Shown: positions 42,501 to 57,500 of the stretch, piece after piece
Layout: each line of letters starts with the position of its first letter
Numbering within the stretch: position 1 is the stretch's first letter
Virus record (IMG/VR): IMGVR_UViG_3300045988_015843
Origin: a virus
Direction: 5' to 3' (one strand)
Length of the DNA stretch: 64,000 nt
Notes under the pieces: model-generated
Database searches by the model: none
The model's input: the letters and a program-made list of their open reading frames with translations, nothing else
What the model was told of the DNA's origin: nothing
Program-made: the position numbers and the translations under genes

Positions 42501-45500
42501 ATGCGTAGAAAGAAACACGGTGACGTCTTAGATCCAACGATACATGTTGGATATGAGTTACTTAAAAATAGAGAAGCTATTAACTATGCTGTAGCTGCTC
42601 ATGAAAATGAATCTAAAGCAATAAGGCGTAGCTACACGGAAGCTTATGCTGAGTTAAATAAAAAACGTGCAAATGCTGTAAATACGCTTATTAAATCCGA
42701 TAATCCAGAAGAAGTATCATTGGGTAAACAGTTGCAAGCAATGTGGAAAATGCAGCCTGATAACGACAAATCAGATGATGCTAAATCTGCTCTTGTGGAC
42801 GTACTTAGTGGTGGAATAAATGCTGATTTAAATTTATCAGTACTTTCGCACATAGACGGTTTGGGATTAAACAAGCTTATTACGCCTGATAATACACTCT
42901 CATATCTCAGTAGGCTTAATTCAACACAAGCTGATTCTGGAGTTGGTGCCTTGCAAAGACTTAGTAAGTATGAAGATCATATCAACAATTACTTAAAAGT
43001 CCTTGATGCTAAGAAAAAGATAGAGTATCTTGAACAACAAGAAGCTATTCTGAATGATCAAGCTATTAAGACGTCAGATCCTAAGATGAAGCAGTCGTAT
43101 TTAAAGCGCTTGTATCAGGTGCGTGATTCTAAATACGCACAAGCAGATATTTTAAATGCGTACCAAAAGGATGTTGATATACTTGAGAAAGCAGACCCTA
43201 CATCAGCTGGTGCAATGATTGATAAGACCAGAAAAGCCATTGAAGACTTTTTTAATCCCATGTGGGAAACAACGCCTTTGCGAGATGTATTGAATGATGC
43301 AAAAGCACCATTGTACGATTTAAAATCAAAGAGTGATGCTGAAAAACGTAATGCATTGCAACAATCATTACGTAACATTGCTGACATCAAGCCATTGTTA
43401 CAAGCTAATGTTGATCGTAATCTAAAAGATGCTGCATATTATGAACGAAGAATAAGCCCTGAGTTTGTTGCTAAAAGAGATACTCCAGGTATGGACTTTT
43501 TTGATGCAGATACTTATTTATATAAGATGTCTGGTGTAATGGGTTCATCTGGTACATCTTGGAGAACTCAAATTGCATCTGCTGTTATTGGTGCTGCAGG
43601 TGGACTAGCAGCCTCGTTTACAGGAGGTGCATCTGTTGCAGCAGCAGCTCCAATAGTATTTGGATTGAATTATGCTGCTGGTATTGATGAGAACCAAGCT
43701 GAAGTTGCAACAGCTGCTCGTGAAAAGTTTACGGCAATGCTTGGTGGTGAAAACAGTCCTAAGTATAAGCAGTTTATAAAAGATGGTCGTGCTCAATTAC
43801 CTAAGAACATATCTGTTCCAGATTCTAGGATTGTTGATATGTATCTAACCGGTTAGATTGTATCGAATAAATCTGATATAAATAGAGCTAAGGTTGATAC
43901 TCATAAAGATATTGAGGCTTTGTTTACAAAAGATATGGTTGCCACTACAGCAAACAATCTAATTAATACTGTGTTGGAAGTAATGCCATTCGGTAAGAGT
44001 GTCTCAGAAACAATGGGTCTCAAAAACTGGAAGTTCTATAAGAGAGCTAGCGCAATACCCAGATACTTACGTAAAAAAGGTGGTCTTGCTAAAGAAGCTT
44101 ATGAAATAGGTTCTGCATTTAAAGCTGGTGCTAAAACTGGTTCTAAGTTGTTTTCACCACTTGGTGTTGGAGGAACAACTATTGGTGCAGGTATTGGTGG
44201 AGCTACAAACACTGCGTTTAGATATATAGGAATGCCGTTCGGAGATCCTGGTTTTAAAAAGCTTTGGGGTAGTATTACTGACAAATTTCATAGAGTGGTC
44301 AATGCAGTAGACAGAGTAAATATCAAATGGTTGAAGAAGTTTAATGCTAAACCTGCTAAAGGAATTCTTGGTGATAGATTTATCGAGATGAACTATTTTC
44401 AAAACAGAAATTATGGTTTGGAATTAGCTAAACGTCTAGGTATATCTGGTGTTTCAGAAGGTGTTGAGGAAGGTAAACAGTATTAGAATGCAGAAGATTT
44501 TAAGAAAGGTTATGATGAACGTCAATTAAGAACTGACGTTATAAGTCTTGCATTCGATGATTTCTTAACAGGTCTCGATGTTGGTAGAGATATACTTTCA
44601 ATACCACTAGATCCTATTGGTATACTTAAAACTAAAGATAAGGATAGACTTGCTGAGGTTAAGGGCGGTATGTTAGCTGGTTTAACACACGTCGGTTCCG
44701 TCGGCATTATGAACTCTGTAAGCCCGTATCTTGAAGAGAAAAGTGCTAATAAGTTCTTAATTGAGAACATGCTCACTGAAAATGTTATCGCCAACGACAA
44801 GTTAGATAAGCTTATGCATTATTCTAATTCGTCGAGAGAACAGTCTGGCATATGGGATAAAATAAAAGCTGGTGTAAAACAAGGAATAACACGCTCAAAC
44901 AGACTACAGGCCCTTGAAAAAGCTTTTGCTAATTTTAAGGAGCTGAATCAAAAGGAATATGAGAATACTGGTGACTATATCACATCTCCTGAGAATATAG
45001 ACAAAGAGTTTGCTGACTTTAGAAGAGCTGTTGGATTAACTAGATCTACACGTATGCAAGAGATGGCTGAACGTGCTGGAGTTGACACTAATAGTGATGA
45101 CTATGGCGCATTTGTTGCTACGTATATGATGGCTGCTGACAATCTTCTTGATAAGTCAAAACAGTTTGCTAAGAACGAAAGTGAGCGTAATACTGAAGCT
45201 AATAAGATACTAAATAGTATTAGTATTGTTAATGAACAAGTACTTGAGGACGCTGGTGTACCTAGAGCTTTATGGAATGATCCTAGATTTAATGGTGCAG
45301 AACATGATTTAAAACGACCTTTTATTGAACGTCTTGCCAGATTACAAGCATTGCTTGAGACTAAGCAGGAACTTGAAGATGCTCTAAAAGCTGGTGCTAA
45401 TAGAGCGATTATGCGTAAATACATTGACGGTATTGAGCATCAGATTGATATTGTAAAAAATGGACAATATCAAACAGATCCTGAGACTGGTGAACAGGTT

Positions 45501-48500
45501 AGAGTTGGAGGATTATCTGACCTTGCTCAACGACTTTATTCTGCAAAAATCGGAGTTGATGACAAAGGTTATAATCTACATGTTGGAGAATCTATTAATA
45601 CTCTTGATGATATTGCAGCAGTATCCGTAGATCAAGAAGCTCAAGATAAACTTGCTGATATATACAGACAATCATATCTCGAACAATTTAACATGGAAAA
45701 TGCCAGTGCTGCATTAGAACAGATTACTGGTACCACAAAGATTGTTAAAGATGAGAATGGAGAAGACAAAGTTGTTGTTGATAAACCGAGTGGGTTTAAT
45801 ACTATTTGGGATAAGATAAAGGAAGCTCGTAATGACAACGATGTGTTTTGGAATGAGCTTACATCTGATGCGTTTAAGACGGATGAAGAGCTTGAAGCCG
45901 ATAAAGATGCTGGTGAAGTTTATGAAAGTGGTTGGAGTAAACTACGGAATATTACCACAGAATACGCTCTCGATGAAAAAGGAGACCGTATTAAAGCGGA
46001 TGAAAACACTAAACTAAAAGACGATTAGACTGTAAGTCAGGACGGGTACGTATTAAATATAACAAAAGAGTCTCCCATTAAAGAGCGTTTGATATTTACT
46101 CCAGAAGATCAGGACGAAGTGTCGAAATCTAATGAATATCAAGAAACTATTGAAAGTATTGCACCCGATATTAAGATTGCATATGGTTATGAAAATAGTT
46201 CCAATATAGGTTTAGTAACACAACAAGTTGGCGAAGCAAAACAGCAATTGTTAGAAGCTAAAGAGTCTGAGAAGCGTGCTAAAGAAGCTGCTAGACTCAG
46301 AGCTGAATTGAAACGTAAGCTTGAGAAGGAAGCTGATGAAAAACGCAAAGCATTCATTAAATCAAATCCTAAGTACGAAGGTAAATCTAACGAAGTAGTT
46401 GATGCAGCTATTGCTAAGCATGAGAAGATAGTACAGAGACGTAAACAACGTGAACAAGAACGTGAAGCCAAGGCTCTTGCGAAGTAGATTGAAAAAAATA
46501 AGCTTACTAGAGTTGATGGTAAAGTTCATATTGATAAAAAAGGTATTTCACATAAAGTATATTAGAGAAAAGATGGTACTTATGTGACAGTACGTTGGGA
46601 CGAACTTGGTAATCTTAAACAAACAGTTGTCAATAAAAACGATATTATCTCTGAGAAACAGGGCCTTATAAACGATGCATACACAGAACTTGTCAAACTC
46701 ATAAAAGAGGTTGACGGACATAACGGCGATGTGATGCGTGCGATACTGTCTAAGATATAGATCTCAGATCTTTCAAAGAACGGTATTCTTAATACGTATA
46801 CACAGCTTTACAAACTACTAAAGGTTGCTGGTAGAGCAAACTCTATTGACATCTATGAGGCTGTTGTTATGCTTGGATATAGGTTAGCATCTACAGGATA
46901 TGTGTGGAACAGATCTATGTCTGATCACGATGTTATTGATAGCAATGATATTGAAAATGATTATGTTTAGAATGATAAGTTACGTATTGATGAACAACGT
47001 TTGAAGTCATTAGATGCTCCAATCATTTATCACAATGGCAAGATTGTAAGTAATCCTACTGCAACTGTCGAACGTGGTATGTCGTTATCAGATGCTATTA
47101 AAAAGGCTAGGTCTGGTGACAAAACGATTGTTGCTAAACTCGTTGAATACAAAAAATATCTGTCTGAAAATTTAGAAGCTGCTGTTGCAGATATACAATA
47201 TCCTGGAGATGCAAACGCGGCAAAGTTGATTGAGAAAATCGATCACGAGTTAGATGAACTAAACAAGAGTCCTGAACAGAAAAAGATCGATAAGATCGTT
47301 TCAGATAAAGGTTTAACTAAAACAGATGATGTTTATACGTACAAAGATGGTCGTCAAACACCAGTATACTTAGATAAAAATGGAAAGAAATGTATATTAT
47401 CTAAGTCTAAGAAAGGTTATCGTGTAAACTATACTGTTAAATTTGATCAGAAACCTGCAACTAAACCTGAACCTGCTCAACCAGCGCAACCTACTAAACC
47501 TATATAGCCTTCTAAACCAGAACAACCAACACAGCCTACTCAGCCTACATCTACCAAACCTGTTGATAAACCTGTAACCACGGATAAGACTACGCTTTCT
47601 CCTCAACAAAAAACTGTCGAAATGCTTGCTAAAAAACGGGCTGAAGACAAGTTAAAAGTTGGTGTTGATGGTTACGAATTAACAGGACAGGCTTATTTCA
47701 TAAAAGTTGATGGTAAAATACAACGATTCAGACGTGTTCATGCTACTATTCCTGCACAAACTTTAAATCTTAAGAGATCTATTGATCGTATGATCAATAC
47801 TTTTGAGTAGATTTATAACGAACCAATGTCTGATGAAGAGGTTGTTTAGGAGGTAGTAAACATAATAGAAGATGTCATAAAAAATGGTGCGTATGTAAAG
47901 CTCGAACGTGATCGTTGGAGCAACAGCCATGTCACAATTGTTGATTTTGAGAAACAACCAGGCCTTGAGAGACATCCGCTTTCTGCGCAAGCAATTCATG
48001 ATCTGAATGTATACTTGAAATATCTCAAAGAAGCAGGGCCGTTTAATTATGATGAGTTTTTTGGTATAGTTAGTGATGTTGCACACATCATAGCATCAAC
48101 AGAACCTGGTACATCTGTACATGTTGGTAATGTAGTAGAAGGTGTTGTTAACCATGTCGTACAACGTGTATTGGATCAAGGTTATGAAAATATTGTTGGT
48201 ACTGAAGAGCAACTTGTCGATGAAATACTTAATACAAGATCTCATGACAGTTTTAAACAATCATCAACTCCTGAATCTGGTGAATACGGATCTAACCGTA
48301 CGTATGACGAGTGGTTTAATAAAAACAGAGGCGTAGTAAAGAATCTTGTATTAGATGTATTAAGATAGCTTAAATCTTTCCACGACTTAGGTTGGGTTGT
48401 ACAATCTGAAAAGCTTACATTATATGGGGAGTTTAAAGGTGTTGGTCGTGTTGCTGGAGAACCTGATCTTATTGCTATTGATCAAGATGGTGGTATCCAC

Positions 48501-51500
48501 ATGATCGATATTAAAACATCAACAAAATCATTCTACGATGGTGAAGGTTATTCTAGTAGATATGTTGATGTTTATGGTGCTGATACATGGGGTCAGAGAT
48601 TTAGCACACAAACGCAATACTCTAATCAACAGACTGCATATAGAATGTTGATGAAAGCATCGTTAGGATTAGATACAACTGCTGAATTAATGCCGTATGT
48701 TGTAGACTACAACTACGGTACTGGACTGATATCAAATGTTGTGCTTGAGCCACGTATTCCTATTATATATTCTGATTTTATAGAGGCAATGTTCAATGGT
48801 GTGGAGTATTCAACGACTGAAAACTACACTATGATGTCTGGATTCTCTGAACGATTTGTTCAAGGTATTTTGGATACATATAATACAGCAATAGAAAATT
48901 ACAATAAAGCTGTTTCTGACTTTGAAAGTCAGGTTGGACAACTTCCCAAACAATTCATGTTTGATCTCTCTATTATTGAGTATATGACCCCTGCACAGTA
49001 TACTCTTGATGAGATTCATAGAATAGACGCAAAAGCTAAAAGGTTGTGGGATATTACGCAACAGATACATCATTGTATCGAACAAGCGTTGGCTAATGAA
49101 GAAGATAAAGCCAATGGGCAATCTACTACCGGGTCAAATCCTAAACCTTAGGCTACACCACAGCCTGAAACTAAACCAGAACCTGAAAAACAACCTAACG
49201 CTCAAACAAAGCCTAGTGAACAACCACAAGTTAAACCAAGTGATAGTTCTACAGAACCAACAGGTTTGATTAGACTTTCAGACGGTTAGGTTTATAAATT
49301 CTCAGTTAGTTTCGAGAATCCATATCCGCAGATTCAAAGCGATCGTGCTGAAAGAGATACACAGTTTGCAGCTATAATAAATGCTGCTGACTTTGGATTA
49401 CCTGAAACCACTTTTGCTACGATATCTAATACTGGTAAAAATCTCGATAAGATATAGATTAAGATAACATACGTAGATAGAAAGACTGGTAAGAAATATG
49501 AGTTTGGTAAGACTCTTCCTAATGGTAAGCGAGATTATTTGTTTATAAACTCTGGTAATAACTTACCGGGACATGACGTTACAGCAAATTTCAGAGCGTT
49601 ATATGATCTGGCTATGCAGCTCACAGAGTACAACAAAGCTAATCCTGGCAAGAAAGCTATTCTTCGTGTCACATAGTGGTATCGTACAGATGGTAGGATG
49701 ATATATAAAGAGGAGGATGGTGTTGTGTCTCGTGAAACACATCCTGTCGTAGATCCTAAACTAGGCATTATTACAGACGATCTATATCAATTTAGTGCTG
49801 AAAGCCAAGTTCCTGGTGATACACGTACAATGTTAAACGATATAGGCTTTGTAAAAGATGGCGCTGTTTATACGTATGGCGATAGTAGTACTAGACGTCA
49901 ATTAGATGTTGTACCTAAAGATATCCCTAATGGATTTATAGTATATTCTAAACGTATACCAAGAGCCGAAGCACCTGGTGGATTTAGACGTCTACCCATT
50001 GTACTAAGGAAAAGAGCCCTTTCTGACGGAGATGTTAATTTCATAATGGATGTTCTTAAGGATCCATCATTGCTTGGCCAACCTTATAATGGGTTACATG
50101 GAGCAACGATAGGTTCTATAAGTAATCTTATTTTACCTATTATAACAGACGCTAAGTACCTATCACCTCAAAAGAAGCTGTTTGTAGATCGTGCTAGCAA
50201 TACAGTTTATTATATAACTGCTAAAGAATGGAAAGATGCCAAAGACGGTGTTGGAACACTGAAGGGTTACAACATGTCTAATGAAAGTCATGTTGAAGAG
50301 TTAAAGCAAAGGATAAAAGATTTGTCTATAGAAGTTAACTCTGATATGATGCAATCTAGATTTGGTAATGACACTGATTCAAACTTACCGTTGAAAGCTA
50401 TACGAGAGTGGTTCAACGACAATCCTTCAGAAAAAACATTTACAGTTAGAGGTAGTCTTGGTAATACGTCAATATCATTTGATAGGAGTGATTTCCAAGA
50501 TCATAAGACTGATAACGGCGATGTGTATAATGGATTAAGTGGTGCTGGTTGGTATTTACGTAGTGGTATATTACAAACAAATGCTGTTGGTATTGGTGCA
50601 CCTCACGTTCACATCAACGCAGTTACTATGGACACTAAAGGATATCCGAAAAAATTGTTTAGTAACGGAGCTATTATTGATGATACTACAGAGTCAAAAC
50701 AAGAGCCCAAGACTGAAACTAAGCCTGAATTGAAAATAAATCCAGATTCGAAGAAAAAGCCACCTAAACCTAGTCCAACGAGCGGTGGTTAGAAATCTGA
50801 TTCTGCATTAGGTGCTTTATCGTCACTTCTTGACACGCAAGATGACAATCAAGTCACGACCGATAATATAGATAACCAATCTGCTGATCAACAAGCTTTG
50901 GATAATGAACAGATAGAAGACTGGGAGCTCTTTCATATTGGACGAGTTGCCACAGGTAAGACTATCAATAAAGAGAAAGCTCGTAGACACGCTGAACATA
51001 TTCTTGGAAAAGAGTTTGTTTCTGATGATAGAACATTTGGATTTATTGATGGCGTTATTAAACAATTCGACGATGGATCTGCTGTATTAGGTGTATGTAG
51101 AAAAGATTCGATAAGATTATCATCACTCGCAGAGAACGGTGTTGAATATCACGAGGCGTTCCATAGAATATTCGAGCTTATTATACCAGAGCATTTACGT
51201 GATTCTATATACGAAAAGGTTGCTGCTGACAATGACATAGATTTGAAAAACGATCCTGATTATACGAACCATCGTAAGGTTGCAGAGTTGATGGCCGATT
51301 GGTATTGGGATTATCAAGTTGGACGATTCCATGTTGATTCTTACAACATATTCGCAAAAGCTTGGAATAGAATGCGTGACTTTGCATTACGTTTCACCAA
51401 TAGATATCGTAATGATCGTGCGATATTAAAACTATTCTCTGATATACGTAGAGGTAAGTATGCATCTCGTAAAGCTAATAGTAGTGCTATAAAACGATTT

Positions 51501-54500
51501 GTTACAAACTTTAAAAACAACTTGATGTACAAACAGCATGGTAAGGATTTCAAACACATCGTTGGTGATGAAATGTATTATCATATTGTTGAAAGTGCAA
51601 AGTTCTTCGTATTTACCGGATCTGATATAGCTGTTAACGGTTCAAATATATCTGATTTGAGCAATGCTTTAAACAAAGAAACTATTCTGAAAGGTGCTCA
51701 ACGTCTTGCTGATGCAGGCAATGATATACTCGGAATCAACTTATCTGAAGACCAAAGAAGTGAGGGTCAAAAAGCATTGTTTGAGCTTATAGACAATCTT
51801 GATAATATACAGTTTAAATTAGATCTTGCTAATTCTATAAAAGCTATTAGTACTAACTTCGAACAAGTTGAATCTGAAAAAGCTGATAACGATGCTGATG
51901 CAGGTGATACGTATTCTATAAATCAATCTATAGAAGGCCATATAAAAGATGCCGTCGAATTCGATCCGTTTGAGAAAACGTCTCAGCAGGTCAGATTCTT
52001 CTTTGCAACAATACCAAATCAGAAATGGTCATATATGCCTAGTATACAAAATGGTAGGGTCAAGCTTGTTCGTACTAAAGAACAAGTCTTTAACGAGTAT
52101 GGTTTACCTGAGTTTATACCTGTACGAGATGCTTATAACAAGTTTATAAACACTGTACATAACGTAGATACACTCGATGAACTAATTGATACTCTCAACA
52201 AGAAGGCTCAGATAGAACCGTTCTATGAGACGATTGCTGAGAACATAAAGGCTGTTATGGATAAGCGCATGTCATATGATGGAGATTCTGTCAAATATGA
52301 CATTGATGCTGAAAACCTATTAGTTCAGATAATGGCACAAGCTCGTTCTAATAAGTACAACATGGTTACCATGATGAGCTCTAGTGCTGAAGAAGGTGTT
52401 GATACAACATTCGGAGAGTATAAGACTAGAGTCATGCCTACTGGTGTAGAGTATCAAGCTAGAAATACAGCTATTTCTTGGTCATCTAATTTTGCTAATG
52501 GTGGTACAAATCTTGTTAAGATAACTAAAGTTGGAAAGCGTGCTATAAACGATAAGGATGCTGATGCAGCTAGTACGTTCTCAAACTTTGCCAAGTTCTT
52601 AACTGGTACATATGATAACAAACGTTTATCCTTGAAGGATTTTATACAAAACGCTATACTTGGAAAGCTTGGACTGAAACAATACTTAGGATTACCAGTT
52701 GGAAACAAGATATTTAAGATACAAGATATAGACGATGTTTCAATGCAGTTATGTAAAGAATATATCGTACAACAGTTGAATTCTATGGGTATTAACATAG
52801 AACTCAATGCGTTTAACTATATGCTTGTTGAAAAATACGGTTCTGCTGGTGCTGAAGCATTGTTGAAGATGCTAACATCAACAAATGTTGAGGATTCTAT
52901 GACTACATTCATACAGTTCTTAAATAACATTGTTGTAAACAACCAACTAAATGTTACAGATGACAACAAGTTCTATGTTGGATCTTTGCCAGTCGCACTT
53001 GATTTGATCTATACAAAGTTTGCATTCACTAGTAATCTGGCTAACTGGCAGTATAGATATAAGCAAGCAACAACTTAGTTATCTGTAAAGGGTTCTGGTA
53101 ATAACCTTAAATACTTAATATCTCAAAACAACTTCTTAACAGATAGTACTCGTGACTTCAATAAAAGGGGTCCTCAATTCCAACTTATATCATCTGGTAC
53201 AGATCCATACATCTATTCAACACGTACAGATCCAAATACAGGCCAGTCTATTTGGGCAGGATCTTTTGTATTGCATAGTATGTTAAATAATAGCCAAGCA
53301 TCTATTGAATTACAATCGCTTGATGGATTCCGTACAGACAACAAAGGTGATTATGGTGCAGACTATTTTTAGATGACGAATGACGAGGATATTCTAAGTA
53401 AGATTAGATTCTTGATGGATAATTCTCTCATATTCCAAACATTGTCTGATAAGAAGAGTTATTTCACCGTACATCTCAAAGGTTTCCGCATTCCTGGTAT
53501 TGATTATTCTCACATGTACGATAATTCTGGAAAGGTTGTTGTAGATGGTAATGCGTTAGGTGATCAGATTACCAACGGCAGTTGCTCATATGATATTGCT
53601 GGTTTTGGCACACCTGTATTAATGCAAAGACAAGACGTCATAGATCAACTTTTATCATATGCATATGCTGAGCGTGAAAGTATTATTAAGACTATTAACG
53701 CAATGTCTGAAATGACTGATGATGAGAAGAAGAAGGCTGTTAAAAATTTCTATTCTTCTCAAAACGGTGCTAAATTCTCATCATTGCTTGGAATATGGCC
53801 TGTGACTGAAAGCGGTGTTGGATCATATTTATCGTTTAATAATGAAAAACTAACTCCTAAAAAAGCTCTCGAAAGAGCAGATGAATACTTCTTTGCACCA
53901 ACAGTTGGTAATAAACCAATGACAGAGCGGGCTGCTAATGACTATCGTAGAACTTTAATTGAGCTGAATTTACAAAGGCGTTTAGACGCTATGATGGAAA
54001 ACTTACAACATCGTGGTCTTATTGCAAAAGATTCAGATGGTTATTTAGTAAACAAAGGTCTTCCAGCAGATGCTATTGAATTTATAGCGAAGTCACTACT
54101 TAGAAAACAAAACAAACTCGATGCTACAGGAAACGCTATAGACCAGAACACAATGCGTATGGCAATACATACTGCAATCGGACTGTTTGCAAACGACATG
54201 ATGGTTAAATCTATCATGTCAGTACAAGAAACCGAACGTATTTATGCAGCAAACCCTGCGTATTTCAAATGGAAGTACGATAAGAATACTGGTGAACTAT
54301 CTGATCGTACTGTAGATGAGCTTAAGCGTGCTGGCGGTTTCGTATCTACTGGTATAAACAACTTTATGGAACTTACTAACATTCCTCAACACTGGCTTGA
54401 TAAGGATGGTTAGTTTACAGGTGAATATCGTTGTTGTGAGATTAAAGATGAAGAAGTGGCATCTCCTCAAATAGAGGAAATTAAAACACTAATGACAACG

Positions 54501-57500
54501 TCTGCTCGTGTACAAGCGTTACGTGAACATTATCTAAAACAACAGAAGTCTGATTATGAAGAGCGCATACTTAAGATGAAACGTGACGAACGCCCTAACG
54601 AAGATGAACAGTTATATGAGCGTGAACGTATTGCATAGGATGTTGAAAATAAACTCGCTACGATGAGTGATGACGTCGTTAAGCGAGAGCTTAAGTCATT
54701 AGGTATGTTGGATATTATAGACAAGAAGTCGAAAGCTGCGTATAATAGTTATACAGGAGGCATTGATGTAAATGACGGTGCTGCATATATAACAGACGAT
54801 ATGTGTGAGATGCTTTTACGAATGGTTGGTTCGTATTCGTCAGAGGTGGCCGAAGCGTTTAAAATATTACGATCTACGTCTGTTAAAGATATGCGTTAGA
54901 TTGCAGATGCATATACTAAGGTTATAACAACTGTCATTGGTACATAGAAATATACAGCCTATGGCCGTAGGTAGGATTCTACTGGAAATATTGTAGATTA
55001 TTATCACAAATATGCGCTGTTCCCAATATTCCCAATGCTTGCAACTGGTAAATTAGGAAACATCTATAATATGATGAAAACTAATAATACCGACATGGTA
55101 TTGATTAGCTCTGCTGTAAAAGTAGGAAGCCAAGGTGCTGTAGCTAATCCTAAATGGGATGATTATCGTCAAGATAATGATAAAGATAACAAAGCTAATT
55201 ACAACAAAGACGGTTCGTTAAAGCCATTGTTTTCAGAATCATTTAAAGTCAACCCGTATTCTGTATCGTTTGAATATCTTCGTAAACAGTTAAATACTGA
55301 TCCGAATGAGAAAAAGTATATGAATATTGGTACTTAGACTACTAAGATTGCATTAACAAACTTGAATCTCCATGCACAATATTTAACAAGAAGTGGTGAA
55401 GTTAGATCTGGTTAGTAGATACATGACGATATCATGCAATCTATGAATGCTCTTAGTAATATCGGAAGAGATTAGTTACGGAGCCAATATTTCTTAACAA
55501 ACGATAAAGGATAGTTTGTTGATGAGAACGGAAATGTTGTAGATAAGCCTGTTGTAGATCCAGTTAAGTATTCGAAAGCATTAAAACAAATCATTGGTTC
55601 TGATAAAATAAGTTTGAATTTAGCTTAGGCACTACAACTTGTTCCTTATAAATACGGTAATGGTAAAACTCGTTACAGGCTCAATATGCCTTTAGATGCT
55701 GTACAATCATCTAATTTCTTAGAATCTAAGATTATTTCTAATATAAACAAGTCTGTTATTGATACTAAAACACCTGGTGCTGCATTCATACAACGCTCTG
55801 TGTGGGGTATGGAAGGTTCTACGCTATATGATAGTCGTAAAGGCAATATTGTAAGTGATGATGATATTGCTCCGTCTATAAATGGTGGTAACAGCCTTCA
55901 GATGGTTAATGAAGAGGGCTCTATGGACTGTGTATTATCAGTAGATTTCTTTACAAAGATTCTTGGTGACTTGTTCCATTATACAACTGGTGGCGATTAT
56001 ATACTCGATAGATTTGGAGAGCGTATACCAGTAACCAGAATATATAAAGGCAAGACTTTGTATAAAGTTAAATCTGCAGACATGTTTAACGAAGGTAAGT
56101 TTGTAGAAACATGGGTCGATGACATAGACAATCTTCCTGATGGTACTGAGGTAGTTTACAAGAAAAATAAAACAGAACACCATACACGTAGTTTTGATGA
56201 AGTTCGTCAATACCTGATAGATCAAGGTATGATTGGTCCTAAAGCTAAAGCTAACATTCTAGCTTATCGTATTCCTACACAGGCTCAATCATCGATCCAC
56301 GCATTAAGATGCGTTGATATATTGCCTGTTGTTAACGATACTGTAATGCTACCTGCAGAGTTTACTAGAATTACAGGATCTGACTTTGATATTGACAAAC
56401 TATATTTAACAGCTCTTAATTATCATAATAGAAAAGATGGTGGTGTATCTGATATATACGATGAGGGTACTGAAAAATATTATCAAAACAAGATTGTAGA
56501 TGCATATCTCGCATTGTTGACAGACAGAGCTGACGAGAATTCAAAACCAAGATCGTTTATATCATTACACCGTTCTATTGATAACGATACACAGTTAGCA
56601 TTTGACGCATTAAACGAAATTGGTACAACAGATTCTACCAAGACTGAACAACCATATCAATTCTACGATCTTACTACTCAGACTGGTGTTAAGAATAGTT
56701 ATATAACTGGTAAAATTGGTATTGGCCCGTTTGCATTGAACAACAATAATCACATCTTGACATGGCTATATCATGTTAGCTTTAAGCCAACTAAGAATTC
56801 AATCATGACATAGTTTGGCTTGAATAATCTTGATAATATGACAGATATAGATGGTGATTCTATAATGGGTTGGTTGTCTGCATTTATTAACGGACACGTG
56901 GATATTGCTAAAGATGCGTGGGTTTCTCGTTGTAATGTAAACCCGTTCACATACAATTTAACAAACTTGTTACTACGTACTGGTTGGGGTAAGAATACAA
57001 TATTCTTTTTACGACAACCTATTATGATGGCAATGGCTGATGCATATATGAACGCTAGTTCTGAATATATGTCAGACGGAACATCAAAGTTTAGACGTCA
57101 ACAACAAGCTATAGACGATGTTGTGTTTGGAGAAGATAGTAAATATCATCTTGAAAATGTTGTGGTTAGTGGTAGTACTGTAGCACAATGGTTAGAAGTT
57201 TTTGAAAGTAACGATCCTGAAACAGCTTAGCTTAAAAAGGGTCTTAATGAAGACTTGAAAAAGATACTGACTCGTGAAAATATGCTAGCTTAGGCTAAAA
57301 CACCTCTTGGCAAAATGGGCGATATATAGTTCCAAGCAGCTGTCTATCTTGCATACAAACAGTTCGATAAATACGCAAATGCATTGTCAAATCTAGTAAA
57401 GTATTGTAAGATTGATACTAAGAAACAGGGTAAGAGTATAGCAGAACAACTTGTTTGGTACGAAGGATACGATGATTTGTTTAACAATGGTGAAACTGGT

